The notes below the pieces were generated by a model. That model was not told where the DNA came from. It worked only from the letters and a program-made list of their open reading frames with translations, and did not search any database. A DNA stretch of 64,000 bases from positions 64,001 to 128,000 of the forward strand of contig CAWFOU010000001.1 of the NCBI GenBank assembly GCA_963817525.1. The letters run 5' to 3'. Shown in pieces: positions 28,455 through 38,774 of the stretch (the stretch's first letter is position 1; each line of letters begins with the position of its first letter). The position numbers and the translations under genes were made by a program. Source of the DNA: an uncultured archaeon (GTDB taxonomy: Archaea > Thermoproteota > Nitrososphaeria > Nitrososphaerales > Gagatemarchaeaceae).

Positions 28455-29304
28455 AGAGCTCCTCGAGGGGGTTCTCCATCTCGCGGACCTCCCTGATCTT
28501 CACGCCCTGGGCGACCAGGCTCGCGATCAGGGCCGGGACCTCTTCCGGCCCCTTTAGCTCGTAGACGTAAAAGTCGCCATCCTTCTTGATCGAATCTAGC
28601 ACGAGCTCTGGCGCCAGGGTCCGCACGCCCACGGTGTACGTCTGGGTCCGGATCTCGTCTATTCTGCCGAATAGCGCGAGCTTCCCTCCCTTGATGGCGA
28701 TTACCTGGGTCCCGATCTCCCTCGCCTCGAAGAGGTTGTGGGAGGAGTAGAGCACGACCTTGTCCTTGCTGAGCCTGAGGACCAGCTCCCTGATCTCCCT
28801 CGCGATCTTTGGGTCGAGGTTGCTCGTGGGCTCGTCCAGTAGGTATACGCTCTTCTCCTTCAGGAATATCCTCGCCACCGAGACCCTCTTCTTCTGCCCC
28901 TGGCTGAGCTGTCCGAAGCGCATGCTGGCGAGCTCCTTGAGGTCGAGCAGCTCGATGACCCTCTTCACGTCCTCCTCGCTCCCGCCTTCGACGTCCGCGT
29001 AGAACTTGAGGCCGTCGTGCACGTCCATCCCCTCGGGGATGCCGTCCAGGTGCGTGATGTAGTCGATCTGCCTCCTCGCCTCCTTGTTCTGGCTAGGGAT
29101 GCCGTTGATCTCCACCCTCCCGCTGTACGGCCTGAGGATCCCGGCCAGCGTCCTGAGGAGGGTGGTCTTGCCCGCGCCGTTAGGGCCCAGGACTATGTAG
29201 ACCCCGGGCTCCGAGATGGAGAACGAGACGCCGTCGAGGACCTTTTTGCCGTAGTATCCAGAAGCGACGTCCTCCACGAGGATCGCTTGCGGCGGAGTCG
29301 TCAG
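28447..29304 (-). CDS. ABC transporter ATP-binding protein
   Basis: GPNGAGKTT, LSQGQ, LLDEP. Likely CTG start at 29304 after a GGAGG SD (alternative GTG 29277). Confidence 0.9.
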   Translation of the reverse strand: MTTPPQAILVEDVASGYYGKKVLDGVSFSISEPGVYIVLGPNGAGKTTLLRTLAGILRPYSGRVEINGIPSQNKEARRQIDYITHLDGIPEGMDVHDGLKFYADVEGGSEEDVKRVIELLDLKELASMRFGQLSQGQKKRVSVARIFLKEKSVYLLDEPTSNLDPKIAREIRELVLRLSKDKVVLYSSHNLFEAREIGTQVIAIKGGKLALFGRIDEIRTQTYTVGVRTLAPELVLDSIKKDGDFYVYELKGPEEVPALIASLVAQGVKIREVREMENPLEELFR

Positions 29305-29325
29305 CTCCTCCTCCCTCCCGTGCGG

Positions 29326-30843
29326 TCAGCCATTCGAAAGGAACCTCTCTCTTTGCATCTTGCTTCCGGCCACAGAGGCCATCGCCGCGACCGCAAGTAT
29401 CATGGCAGCCGATGCCCCGCCGACGACATAGAGTATGTGTCCCGAGCCAGGGCCCACCGCCAAGATCAGGACGGCGAGCACCGGCGCCATCCCCAACAGG
29501 GGCGCTATCCCGACGGGGCTGTTTACGCCAGGGCGGCGAGCAGTGAGCTGAGACCACAGCATCCCCGCCATCGTCATGAACATCGCAGCGGCGAAGCTGA
29601 GCGGCAGCGTGTAGAAGACCACCAGCTCTCCGAACACTGGCGTGAGCGCCCCCGCGTTCGTAAAGGCTAGGACCCCCACGGAGACCGCGAGGGAGACGAC
29701 CAAGACGAGGGCGACTAGGCCCATCGTCGCCGCTATCATCGACCAGAATATCGTAGAGACGTCCACCCCGTAGGCGAGCGTGTACTCGTAGACTCCCTTG
29801 TCCCTGTCGCTAGCGAAGATCATCAGCGCCCCGCTCGCACCCAGCACGGTGAACACCGGTAGCAGAAGTGGGAAGATCTGGCTCAGCAGCGGTCCGCCCG
29901 CCGTGCCCGCCTGGGTTGCCGCGCTCCCCGCGACGGAAAGCTCCGCGATGAGGAGCAACGGGAGGACCATCCCGATTCCGACGTAGATTTTCCCGAAGCT
30001 GAGGGCCCTCCTGAAGTTGGTGGAGACCAGAGCGCCGAGGCGCGCGCCGCCCTCCGGAGGAGGGGGGCTCGTGAAGCTCGTGCTCGCTCGTCTGTAGTCG
30101 CCGCGAGTGATCCCCAGGGCCACCGCCGCGGACGCCACACCTATGACGAACACGATGCCCTCGAAGGCTCCAAGGCTGAACGAGCTTTCGAAGGGGACGA
30201 GGAAGTCGACCAGGCCCATCGGAAGGGCGGCCAGGAGGAAGACCCTCTTGTCGTAGACCGCGGCGAGGACGCAGAGGTAGCCCCAAGAGAAGTGAAGGAG
30301 CAGCGACGAGACCCTTTCGAGTATTTCGTACCCAACGAGGGGAAGCGCGTTCGATGACGAATAGAATAGCGAGGGCGCGCCCTGGCTGAGCGTGGTGAAC
30401 AACTGCTGGGCCGTGGCCCCGGGGCCAGAGAGCGTGGCGTAGTAGACGGCGTAGTCTATCGCGGCGATGCCGCCGATGAGCACACCGTTCTCCCAAAGCG
30501 CCAGGCTGATGCCATACCCCTCCGCGTCGTTCGCTCGGAAAAAGCCGTGGGTGACGGCGTACCTGGCGAAGAGATATGCGAACCCCACCTCTATGAAAAC
30601 GGTCTGCAACCCAAAGTACGGCCCCAGCACCCAAGGGTTTCCGCTGACAGCGGAGTCGAGCGGCGCGTAGGTGACGGCCTGTATGAGGGCCTTCGTCCCT
30701 ATCGCTCCGAAGTAGGCTACCACGGAGAAGAGGATGACCCAGCCGGTGAGCCTCCTCTGCCGGCGCCAATATGCGGCAAGGCCGAAGCTGAATGCGACGA
30801 CTACTATGGGTCCAACAAAGTAGATCGGGTCGATGTTCTCCGT
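29326..30843 (-). CDS. YhfC/PrsW-like intramembrane protease domain fused to an ABC-2-type permease
   Basis: QTVFIEVG, ALWEN, ILERVSSLLLH. C-terminal DRDKGVYEY. Reading frame extends upstream to ACG at 30843 after GAGGTGA. Confidence 0.7.
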   Translation of the reverse strand, partial: TENIDPIYFVGPIVVVAFSFGLAAYWRRQRRLTGWVILFSVVAYFGAIGTKALIQAVTYAPLDSAVSGNPWVLGPYFGLQTVFIEVGFAYLFARYAVTHGFFRANDAEGYGISLALWENGVLIGGIAAIDYAVYYATLSGPGATAQQLFTTLSQGAPSLFYSSSNALPLVGYEILERVSSLLLHFSWGYLCVLAAVYDKRVFLLAALPMGLVDFLVPFESSFSLGAFEGIVFVIGVASAAVALGITRGDYRRASTSFTSPPPPEGGARLGALVSTNFRRALSFGKIYVGIGMVLPLLLIAELSVAGSAATQAGTAGGPLLSQIFPLLLPVFTVLGASGALMIFASDRDKGVYEYTLAYGVDVSTIFWSMIAATMGLVALVLVVSLAVSVGVLAFTNAGALTPVFGELVVFYTLPLSFAAAMFMTMAGMLWSQLTARRPGVNSPVGIAPLLGMAPVLAVLILAVGPGSGHILYVVGGASAAMILAVAAMASVAGSKMQRERFLSNG

Positions 30844-30951
30844 CTTCTCACCTCACGACGGCGCTCTCGCACCAGCTGTTGCCGACCCGCGCATGCCGAT
30901 GGAGGCCAATGCAACCTTCATATATATAATCGATGAAACCGCTTTCATCGT

Positions 30952-31458
30952 ATGAAAGTCCTCCGGGTGCTCGACCAATCAGAGACGAGGCTCCTCACAG
31001 ACCTCCTCAACCAGATGATTCTGAGGGAGCTCGTGCTCTCCGAGCGCTCAGTCACCGGACTCGCGAAGAAACTCAACTCCTCGACCCTGAAGCTCTGGCG
31101 GAGGATGCAGAAGCTCGAGTCGTCGGGCTTGATCGAGCTGTCGCGGGTCAAAAGGTCGGGAAACATCGAGACCAAGCTGTATCGTGCTACCGCGGCGAGC
31201 TACGTCCCTGACCAGTTCCTGCGGTTCAGGCCCACAAATCCCCGGCTGATGGATGCATTCGCCGTCTTCTCGGAGTTCCAGCGGAGGCTCGCGGCCGTGA
31301 TGCAGGAGTCGAATAAGATCCCGGAGGGCGCCGACCCTGTGGACTATTCCCTCTATGTGACCATGAGGTCATTCGTCCGAGTCTACGACGAGCCAAGAGC
31401 CCAGGAGAGGATGACTGAACTCAAGAGAAAGCTGGAAGAGTTCGAGCGACCTGTGTAA
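30952..31458 (+). CDS. Winged-helix (ArsR-like) regulator
   Basis: SVTGLAKKL...LWRRMQKLESSGLI...KLYRA. Confidence 0.75.
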   Translation: MKVLRVLDQSETRLLTDLLNQMILRELVLSERSVTGLAKKLNSSTLKLWRRMQKLESSGLIELSRVKRSGNIETKLYRATAASYVPDQFLRFRPTNPRLMDAFAVFSEFQRRLAAVMQESNKIPEGADPVDYSLYVTMRSFVRVYDEPRAQERMTELKRKLEEFERPV

Positions 31459-31464
31459 GCGAGC

Positions 31465-32295
31465 TCAGCCCACGCTTCTGCTGAGTTGGAACTCGCAGTA
31501 GGGGTCGCCCATCGCGACACACCGCGTCTCCTCGCACCGCATCTGGGTGTCGAGCGTAACCGTGGCGCCACCCTTGAGATGTCCCCGTATCCACTGGCTG
31601 TTCGGCTTGGCGGTCCGCTTGCCCTGACACTCGATGCTGTCTGTGATCTGCACGACGAAATGCATCAGGTCGAAGTTCATCTCGACGAACTGACACCTGC
31701 CCACGCCCGTCGCCCCGTAGAGCTTCGCGAGCTGGCCCAAGAAGCGGCGAATGTCGCCCCTAAGGAGGCTGCGAAGACCCCCGGCGTAGATCGACCCCAG
31801 CGCCTCCCCTTCCTGGTAAGCGATCACGCTCTCTCCCGTGCCTAGCATCTGCCCCATGGCACCCAGCATCCTCTGGAAGGAGTCCTGCGAGATGAGCATC
31901 ACCCTGCTCCCCAGTCCCGACAGCGTCAGGGGGAAGAAGAGCTCCTCCACTACGAGCTCCTCGCCCGCTGACATCCTGACGTCCTTGAGGTTGCTTTGGG
32001 CCTTGAGCCTCGGCCAGATTGCCTCTGCGGTCAGGGAGAAGTTTGCGCAGTCGACGAAAACGTCCCAGGAGCCGATGCGCCCGTCGGGGGACGAGACATT
32101 TGCGTTCAGGATCCTGATGCCCAGGTCTGCCAGCGCCTCGCAGACCGTTGCGAGGGGCGCGCTCGCCATCTCCGCCTTGAAAGCTATCTGGAAGAGCTTG
32201 TGGTCCGGCTTGTAGAGCATGGTGACGATCTCCTTCGGCTCTACAGCCCCGCTCTGTGGCTTCATGCTGTCGATGACGAGGCGGGGGTCGGGCAT
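31465..32295 (-). CDS. ACT plus V4R domain protein
   Basis: N-terminal ACT-like region, SIEC and CEETRCVAMGDPYCEF. Confidence 0.8.
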   Translation of the reverse strand: MPDPRLVIDSMKPQSGAVEPKEIVTMLYKPDHKLFQIAFKAEMASAPLATVCEALADLGIRILNANVSSPDGRIGSWDVFVDCANFSLTAEAIWPRLKAQSNLKDVRMSAGEELVVEELFFPLTLSGLGSRVMLISQDSFQRMLGAMGQMLGTGESVIAYQEGEALGSIYAGGLRSLLRGDIRRFLGQLAKLYGATGVGRCQFVEMNFDLMHFVVQITDSIECQGKRTAKPNSQWIRGHLKGGATVTLDTQMRCEETRCVAMGDPYCEFQLSRSVG

Positions 32296-32385
32296 TCTCT
32301 TACCGTTTTCCTGAAATTATTTCAACGCTCCCGCTATTTATCGGCGATGAATCGTCAGTCCATCCCAGCGCTGTGCGCCCGCTTC

Positions 32386-33216
32386 TCAGAGCTTTCTCGT
32401 ATAGAGCGCAAGTATCCTCTCGACCGACGCCTTTTGGATGCGAGGCACTCCGGGGACCTTCATCAGGATTCCCGACACCTTCCTCGGGTCGCTCCCGTCG
32501 TCGATGACGTCGAAGGCGAGGGTCTCGTCGACTATCACCATCACGCCCGCGCCCTGCATCGTCGCGAAGGTCTCGATCACCGGCTCGTCGAGAGGTTGGA
32601 CCCTCATCTTGAGAGTCGGAGACGACTTTACCGTCCTGAACTCTATCACGGACTTGTCCTCGTTGGAGATCCCCGATGTCTCCTGCGTCGGCCTTATCAT
32701 CGAGACGGGCCTCACCTTCACCCCCCGCGCCGAGGCGGCCTTGAGGGCGGTCTTCGCGGATAGGAGGTACTTCGGGGGATATCCTCCGACCCCGAATATG
32801 TCGTGCTTTGCCTCGTAGATCAGCTCGGCGAGCCTCCTCTTCACCGCCTGCTCCCCCTTCACCATCCACGCGTAGGTCCTCTCCCCTTGGGGCTCCGCGG
32901 ACTCTCCCCGGCCGGTCTCCTGCCTCTCCTCGAGGGCGGCCAAGGCGCCCTTGGCCTCCCGGTCGTAGCCGTCCACGAGTTGCGCGATGACGCTCTTCGC
33001 CTCGCTGGCCCTGTAGAGTATCGGCCTGCCGGGCTGGACCTCCACAACCCCGCGGCTCGCCAGCCTCTCGAGGGACTCGTAGGCCTTGTTCCTGGGCATG
33101 CCCGAGAACTTGTGGACGTCGGCCGCCCCGGAGGGTCCCAGCGCCATCAAGGCGTCGAGGGCCTTCGCTTCGTTGCTGTTCAGGCCCAGGCGTTTCAGGT
33201 ATTCGATTGAGCTCAA
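32386..33216 (-). CDS. TrmB family transcriptional regulator
   Basis: LGLNSNEAKAL...SGMPRNKAYESLERLASRG...GRPILYRA. Confidence 0.88.
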   Translation of the reverse strand: MSSIEYLKRLGLNSNEAKALDALMALGPSGAADVHKFSGMPRNKAYESLERLASRGVVEVQPGRPILYRASEAKSVIAQLVDGYDREAKGALAALEERQETGRGESAEPQGERTYAWMVKGEQAVKRRLAELIYEAKHDIFGVGGYPPKYLLSAKTALKAASARGVKVRPVSMIRPTQETSGISNEDKSVIEFRTVKSSPTLKMRVQPLDEPVIETFATMQGAGVMVIVDETLAFDVIDDGSDPRKVSGILMKVPGVPRIQKASVERILALYTRKL

Positions 33217-33225
33217 GGCATCCCG

Positions 33226-33249
33226 GATGTTACGTCGGAGGTAACAACA
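33226..33249. promoter_or_regulatory. TGTTAC-N7-GTAACA operator (copy 1)
   Basis: GATGTTACGTCGGAGGTAACAACA between trmB and the divergent gene. Confidence 0.7.
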
Positions 33250-33292
33250 TCAATATTAGTTTTCGCCGCCGCGGACTTTCAGTGAAGTCAAG

Positions 33293-33646
33293 ATGAACTC
33301 GAGTTACGGTCCTAGGCCTACGAGATGGGTGCTTTTCCCGGTGTTGCTGGTGGTCGCGTTCGCCGCGATAGCCCTTGGCGCGTCGTATTACTTCAGGCCA
33401 GCCGCGCCCCAGGCCTACTACTGGTGGCCTTGGGCCCCCTTCGGGTGGTTCCTGCTCATCCCTCTGTTCTTCGTCGCCTTCTTCGCCCTGCGTTTCTTCC
33501 TTTGGGGCTGGTGGGGCCCTTGGGGCGGACGAGGTTCGTATTATCGCGGCGACTCGGCGATGCAGGCGCTACGCGAGAGGTTCGCGCGCGGGGAGATAAC
33601 CAAGGATCAGTTCGACCAGATGAGGAAGGATCTGGCGCAGGCCTAG
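33293..33646 (+). CDS. SHOCT-domain membrane protein
   Basis: Two TMs, ALRERFARGEITKDQFD. Confidence 0.85.
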   Translation: MNSSYGPRPTRWVLFPVLLVVAFAAIALGASYYFRPAAPQAYYWWPWAPFGWFLLIPLFFVAFFALRFFLWGWWGPWGGRGSYYRGDSAMQALRERFARGEITKDQFDQMRKDLAQA

Positions 33647-33697
33647 CCCGGAAACAGTTATTGCCGCTGCAGAATCGCAGACCGTGACGGCTGCAGC

Positions 33698-34000
33698 TTG
33701 GTCCACGAGCACAGGGAGCGGATCTACATCAGGAAGGACATCATCCTCAAGCTCGCGGAGCACGGCCGGCTCAACCAGAGCCAGCTCATGAGCTACTGCG
33801 GCTTGAACAACGTCAAGCACAAGCCCATCCTAGACGAGATGGTCGAGCGGGGGCTGATCACCAGGGTGGAAGAGCCGTGGGGCTCGAAGAAGATCATCTT
33901 CTACAACGTCTCGGACGTCGGAAAGAAGCTCGCAAGGGAGATCCTCGAGCCATACGAGTCGCTATTCCCGAGAAGCGAGGACAGGAGGGAGCAGAAATGA
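33698..34000 (+). CDS. Small archaeal winged-helix regulator
   Basis: QSQLMSYCGLN...YNVSDVG. Confidence 0.75.
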   Translation: MVHEHRERIYIRKDIILKLAEHGRLNQSQLMSYCGLNNVKHKPILDEMVERGLITRVEEPWGSKKIIFYNVSDVGKKLAREILEPYESLFPRSEDRREQK

Positions 34001-34055
34001 GCTTAGGTAACTTGGTGCCTTCACCGTTTTTAAGAGATGGGGAGGCCCTATAGTC

Positions 34056-34442
34056 GTGGCCGACTCGCCGAAGAACGGGGACGAAGACATACTCTCCGAC
34101 AACATCCTCCGCATAGCGGACGAGCTGGTCAGCCAAGTGGACAAGACCAAGAAGGTCGTGATCGTCATGGTGATCGCAGTGATCGTTGGGATCCCGGTCT
34201 CGTGGCACGTCACGCCCCTCCTCCTCCCCGGCGCCCCCTACAACTTCAGGGTGGCGGGCATAGTGACGATCCTGATAGCGCTCGTGTTCGTCGCCGTCGC
34301 CATCAACCAGTGGATGGCCTTCTCGAAGTGGACCGAGCGATACAAGGCCTACAAGGAGCTGCAGAAGAAGATAGACGAGAAGCTCGACTTTGAGGCCGCC
34401 GCCGCCGGGAAGAACGGCGACGACAAGCCATCAGGTAACTGA
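34056..34442 (+). CDS. Two-TM hypothetical protein
   Basis: Host-like codon usage, two hydrophobic helices. Confidence 0.75.
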   Translation: MADSPKNGDEDILSDNILRIADELVSQVDKTKKVVIVMVIAVIVGIPVSWHVTPLLLPGAPYNFRVAGIVTILIALVFVAVAINQWMAFSKWTERYKAYKELQKKIDEKLDFEAAAAGKNGDDKPSGN

Positions 34443-34497
34443 GTTACGTATCAGATGTTACCAGTGGCTATAACCAAAGCGCCATCTCCGGTCAGGT

Positions 34498-35070
34498 ATG
34501 ACGGGTTCGAAGCTCGTAGCCGCAGAGGGGATGGCCGTTGTCTCCATCATCACCACAATAGTCAATGACATCGACCTGGGCCTTCCCAAGGCCCCCGTAG
34601 GGACACTCTCCCTTCTCTTTGCCATCGCCGCGTTCGCGCTCGCTCTCAGTACCGGGTCGCCGGTGGTGTCAATCTCCTTGCTCGCCAAGGGCCTGATCGA
34701 TACCTGGCTGGCGGCCGCCTCATCGGCGTCAGGCGCGAAGATAGGACTCGCATTCGGGCTGCTGGTCCTAGCTTTCGGCGCTGTGGTGGCGCTGATAACG
34801 ATACGGAAGACCAGAAGCGCGACGCCGATGCCCAAGTCGGGGGCTTCCCAGGTGCCTTCCCTCTTGGAGGCATCCGCGCGCTTGGTGGTGGTCCTTTCCG
34901 CCACGATGCCCTCGCTCGCATTGATGCTGATGGTCCCGCTTCTCGCTCTCCGCCCGACTTCGGGGGCGGACTCGGCCCTCCAAGGCGCGCCAGCAGACGA
35001 TATTACTCATGGAGTAACACCATCGCTATCTGACTTTGGGATCCACGCTCTCCCGGTGAGTCTACCATGA
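34498..35070 (+). CDS. Possible membrane protein (boundaries uncertain, may be decayed)
   Basis: Hydrophobic segments. The C-terminal part overlaps the predicted operator of the next gene. Confidence 0.35.
   Translation: MTGSKLVAAEGMAVVSIITTIVNDIDLGLPKAPVGTLSLLFAIAAFALALSTGSPVVSISLLAKGLIDTWLAAASSASGAKIGLAFGLLVLAFGAVVALITIRKTRSATPMPKSGASQVPSLLEASARLVVVLSATMPSLALMLMVPLLALRPTSGADSALQGAPADDITHGVTPSLSDFGIHALPVSLP
35001..35019. promoter_or_regulatory. TGTTAC-N7-GTAACA operator variant (copy 2)
   Basis: TATTAC-TCATGGA-GTAACA upstream of the ABC ATPase. Confidence 0.55.
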
Positions 35071-35798
35071 ACCCGACCCAGCCTGCTACGGAGGGGAACA
35101 TCGTCGAGGCGCAAGGCGTGAGGAAGGTCTACGGGTCGGGACTGATACAAGTCGAGGCCCTGCGAGGCGTCGACCTTGTCGTGAAGCGACGGGAGATGGT
35201 CGCGGTGACGGGGCCGTCAGGATGCGGCAAGACAACCCTCCTCAACTGCTTCTCCGGGCTCGACGACCTCTCGGCTGGGCAAGTCAAGGTCGGCGGGGTG
35301 GACGTTCACAAGATGTCCGACAACGCAAAGTCAGAGTTCCGCGCGAAGAAGATGGGCTTCATCTTCCAGGCCTACAACCTTCTCCCTGTCCTTACCACGC
35401 TCGAGAACGTGGAGCTGCCCCTGCTCGTCTCCCACGTCAACGAGTCGGACGCGAAGAGACGCGCCATCGACGCTCTGAAGCTGGTCGACCTGGCCGATTG
35501 GCAGCACCACAGGCCTGCGGAGCTCTCGGGCGGCCAGCAGCAGAGGGTCGCCATCGCTCGCGGGCTCGTGAACAAGCCAGAGATAGTCTGGGGCGACGAG
35601 CCGACGGGCAACCTCGACAGCGAGCGCTCTCAGGAGATCGTGGACCTCCTGAGGAGGCTGAACAGGGAGGTCGGGCTCACCCTGGTGGTGGTCACCCACG
35701 ACCATGGCGTCGCCCGGAAGACCGACCGCGTGGTACAGATGAGGAACGGCGCGATAGAAAGGATAGTCGGACCGTCTTCGGTCGCGCCGGACGAATGA
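35067..35798 (+). CDS. LolD/MacB-type ABC ATPase
   Basis: [31 protein letters not shown]. Confidence 0.93.
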   Translation: MNPTQPATEGNIVEAQGVRKVYGSGLIQVEALRGVDLVVKRREMVAVTGPSGCGKTTLLNCFSGLDDLSAGQVKVGGVDVHKMSDNAKSEFRAKKMGFIFQAYNLLPVLTTLENVELPLLVSHVNESDAKRRAIDALKLVDLADWQHHRPAELSGGQQQRVAIARGLVNKPEIVWGDEPTGNLDSERSQEIVDLLRRLNREVGLTLVVVTHDHGVARKTDRVVQMRNGAIERIVGPSSVAPDE

Positions 35799-35811
35799 CA
35801 CACGGGGTCCC

Positions 35812-38769
35812 TTGAACATGGCCTCCCTCTCTCCCCTGCTGCTCGTCGTCGCAGTAGTCATACTGGTTACCGCTGTGCTGATGTCTCGGGACAAGATAAT
35901 CACGCGGCTCGCGGTCAGGAACGTCAGGCGCAGGAAGGCGTCTACCGCGCTCGTGGTGGCGGGCTTGTTCATCGGGACGGCCATGATAACGGGGGCTCTT
36001 GTGACAGGGGACACGATGAACGCGCTCTTCACGCGTCCCGCGCACCTGACATACCGGGCGGTGGACGAGGGCGTCTACAGCCTGAACACCCAGGGAGGAT
36101 ACTCGTTCTTCAACGAGTCTGTCTACCCCCAGGTCGCGCCGCACCTCTTGGGGATCCAGGGCGTGGCCGGTGTCACTCCGATGATAATCTCCGAGGTCTC
36201 GCTATTGGACAACAGCACCCGGGTCGGGCAGTCCGGCGTGGTCCTCATCGGGGTCGACCCGAACGCGACGGCCGCCCTGGGCAACTTCGCCAGCGCCAAC
36301 GGGACGACCATAGACCCTGACACGGGTGCTGTGGGAGTCATTCTGAACCTCCCCGCAGCCACCGACCTCAACGCCTCCGTGGGGAACACGATACAGCTCA
36401 TCGCGTCGGGCAAGTCCGAGTCCTTCACCTTGATGGGCATAGACCAGAGCCTCGACAGGTCGGGCTTTCCCGGCGACGATGACCACGCTGTAGTGAGCCT
36501 CGCCGCAGCCCAGTCTCTTGTCGGAGAGGCAGGGGAGATCAACTTCCTCGCCATCACGAATTCGGGAGGCGCCCAGGACGGCGTCGCCCTGACGGACCAG
36601 GTAGGCCCCGAGGCGAACGCGACGCTCTCGAGCTACACCTCTAACGCGGGAGGCCAACTCTACGACTTCGGGAACGAGCAGACGGCGGTGGCCACCGCGA
36701 CGAAGGACGCGGCCGGCCTCTCCAGCTTCATGCTCGTCGCCAGCTCGTTCACCATCATAGCCGGGGCCATCCTCATCGTCAACATCTTCGTCATGCTCGC
36801 GGAGGAGAGGAAGAAGGAGATGGGGATGGCCAGAGCCGTGGGCATGAAGAGGCTCCACCTCATGAAGATGTTCCTCTTCGAGGGGACGCAGTACGCCATC
36901 ATCGCCTCCCTCGTCGGGGTGATAGCGGGGATAGGCATCGCCTACGCGGTCCTCTACATCATCGGGTCGATTCTCATCGGGGTCGTCGCAACCCTCAACA
37001 CGGGTGCCATACTCCAGAGCTTCACCTTCACGCCGGAGACCCTCGTGCTAGGGTTCTCGGCGGGGCTGCTCATCACCTTCGCCACCGTCGTCCTGGCGTC
37101 GTGGAGGGTCAGCAACCTGAACATAATCAGGGCTATCAGGGACATCCCCGAGCCCCCCACCAGCGGGAGGACGTACGCATGGCTCTCCGTCATGGGAGTC
37201 GTGCTGTTTGCGGTCGGGGCGCTCATGTTCTTCGAGGGAAGGTCGAGGTCTGACCTCTCCCTGTTCCTCGTCGGGCCCTCCGTGTCCATTGTCGGCGCCG
37301 GACTGGGACTGTCGCGACTCGTGAAGAGCCGCTACGCTTTCACCGCGAGCTCGGTCGGGGTACTTGTCTACTGGACCCTCCCCTCCCTCTCGTGGAGGAG
37401 CCCTCTGGCCCCTGCGTCGGCGGGAGGCGCTCCTACGACGGTCGACATCCTCGCGGGGATGCTGATGGTCTCCGCGGGCGTCGCATTGGTGATACTCAAC
37501 ACCGAGGCCCTCGTCGGAGGGCTCTCGCGCCTGCTCCGGACCCGGCCCAGCCGGGTCCCGGTTCTCAAGATCGGCCTGTCCTACCCGGGGAGCAAAAAGT
37601 TCAGGACGGGCGTCACGGTCTTCATGGTCGCCCTCGTCATGTTCAGCGTGGTCTTCACGTCGGTCCTCATAAGCGTCAACCAGCAGACGCAGGCCGCGGC
37701 TTCGAAGGCGGACTCCGGTGGGTACGACCTGGTGGCGACTACGGCATTCCCGCTCCACGACCTCGCCGCGTCGATAGAAAGCGACTCGAACGTCTCCTCC
37801 TCCATAGGCGGAGTGAGCGCGTTCTCGGGCGGCTACGTCCTAGCCAAAGACTCGAGCCAGAAGGGCTCGACAGCCTCGTACACCGAATATCTGGGGGCGA
37901 ACAGCAGCGCCGTCGGCCAGAACAATTTCTTCCAGGCGAACACCTTCAACCTGACGAGCGCCCTGCCTGCCTATGTCCTCCCCGACGGCCAGGTCGACGC
38001 CCAAAAGGTGTGGGCTGCCGTTGAGAGCGACCCCGACTACGTCGTGTTCTCGGTCTCCGCCTTCAGGCCCTACGGCTCGCCCGCCCCCACCCAGCAGGCG
38101 GGGGATGTGGAGACGATCACCCTCCCCGACAGGACGACTTCGAACGCGACGATCATCGCGACGATGGAAGGAGGCGCGATCGGCGGTCTCCTGAGCACCT
38201 CCCAGTTCGTGGACGCGAGGATGCACACCAATTCCTCTCAGCTGGCCCTGATCTCCCTCCCCGTCTCTGGGCAGGGCGACAGCGTGGCGATCAGCCTGAA
38301 GCGCGACTTCCTCTCCTCCGGAATGCAGGTCACGGTCATCCCGGACGTCCTGGCGAAGGAGCTCTCCACCGACAACTCGTTCTTCACCCTTTTCCAGGGA
38401 TTCTTCGCCCTAGGCCTTGTGGTGGGAATCGCCGGACTCAGCATCATCTCAATAAGGGCGATAGTGGAGCGTCGGCAGGAGATAGGGATGGTGAGGGCGC
38501 TGGGGTTCACCAAGAGGATGGTGCTAGGCAGCTTCCTACTCGAGAACAGCTTCGTGGCGCTGCTGGGGATAGTCCTCGGGGCGCTCCTGGCCGTAGACCT
38601 GGGGTACCCGTTCGCGACCTCGATCCGGAACGCGACCTATGCGCCACCCCTCCTCGGCATCGCCGAGATCATGGTGGCTGTCTACCTCTTCGCGATGCTA
38701 GGGACGACCTTCTCGGCCCTCAGGGCTGCGCAGACCACTCCGGCGGAAGCGCTACGATACAACGAGTAA
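35812..38769 (+). CDS. FtsX/MacB-like ABC permease (duplicated domains)
   Basis: EERKKEMGMARAVG and ERRQEIGMVRALG, ending PAEALRY. Confidence 0.9.
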   Translation: MNMASLSPLLLVVAVVILVTAVLMSRDKIITRLAVRNVRRRKASTALVVAGLFIGTAMITGALVTGDTMNALFTRPAHLTYRAVDEGVYSLNTQGGYSFFNESVYPQVAPHLLGIQGVAGVTPMIISEVSLLDNSTRVGQSGVVLIGVDPNATAALGNFASANGTTIDPDTGAVGVILNLPAATDLNASVGNTIQLIASGKSESFTLMGIDQSLDRSGFPGDDDHAVVSLAAAQSLVGEAGEINFLAITNSGGAQDGVALTDQVGPEANATLSSYTSNAGGQLYDFGNEQTAVATATKDAAGLSSFMLVASSFTIIAGAILIVNIFVMLAEERKKEMGMARAVGMKRLHLMKMFLFEGTQYAIIASLVGVIAGIGIAYAVLYIIGSILIGVVATLNTGAILQSFTFTPETLVLGFSAGLLITFATVVLASWRVSNLNIIRAIRDIPEPPTSGRTYAWLSVMGVVLFAVGALMFFEGRSRSDLSLFLVGPSVSIVGAGLGLSRLVKSRYAFTASSVGVLVYWTLPSLSWRSPLAPASAGGAPTTVDILAGMLMVSAGVALVILNTEALVGGLSRLLRTRPSRVPVLKIGLSYPGSKKFRTGVTVFMVALVMFSVVFTSVLISVNQQTQAAASKADSGGYDLVATTAFPLHDLAASIESDSNVSSSIGGVSAFSGGYVLAKDSSQKGSTASYTEYLGANSSAVGQNNFFQANTFNLTSALPAYVLPDGQVDAQKVWAAVESDPDYVVFSVSAFRPYGSPAPTQQAGDVETITLPDRTTSNATIIATMEGGAIGGLLSTSQFVDARMHTNSSQLALISLPVSGQGDSVAISLKRDFLSSGMQVTVIPDVLAKELSTDNSFFTLFQGFFALGLVVGIAGLSIISIRAIVERRQEIGMVRALGFTKRMVLGSFLLENSFVALLGIVLGALLAVDLGYPFATSIRNATYAPPLLGIAEIMVAVYLFAMLGTTFSALRAAQTTPAEALRYNE

Positions 38770-38774
38770 GATCC

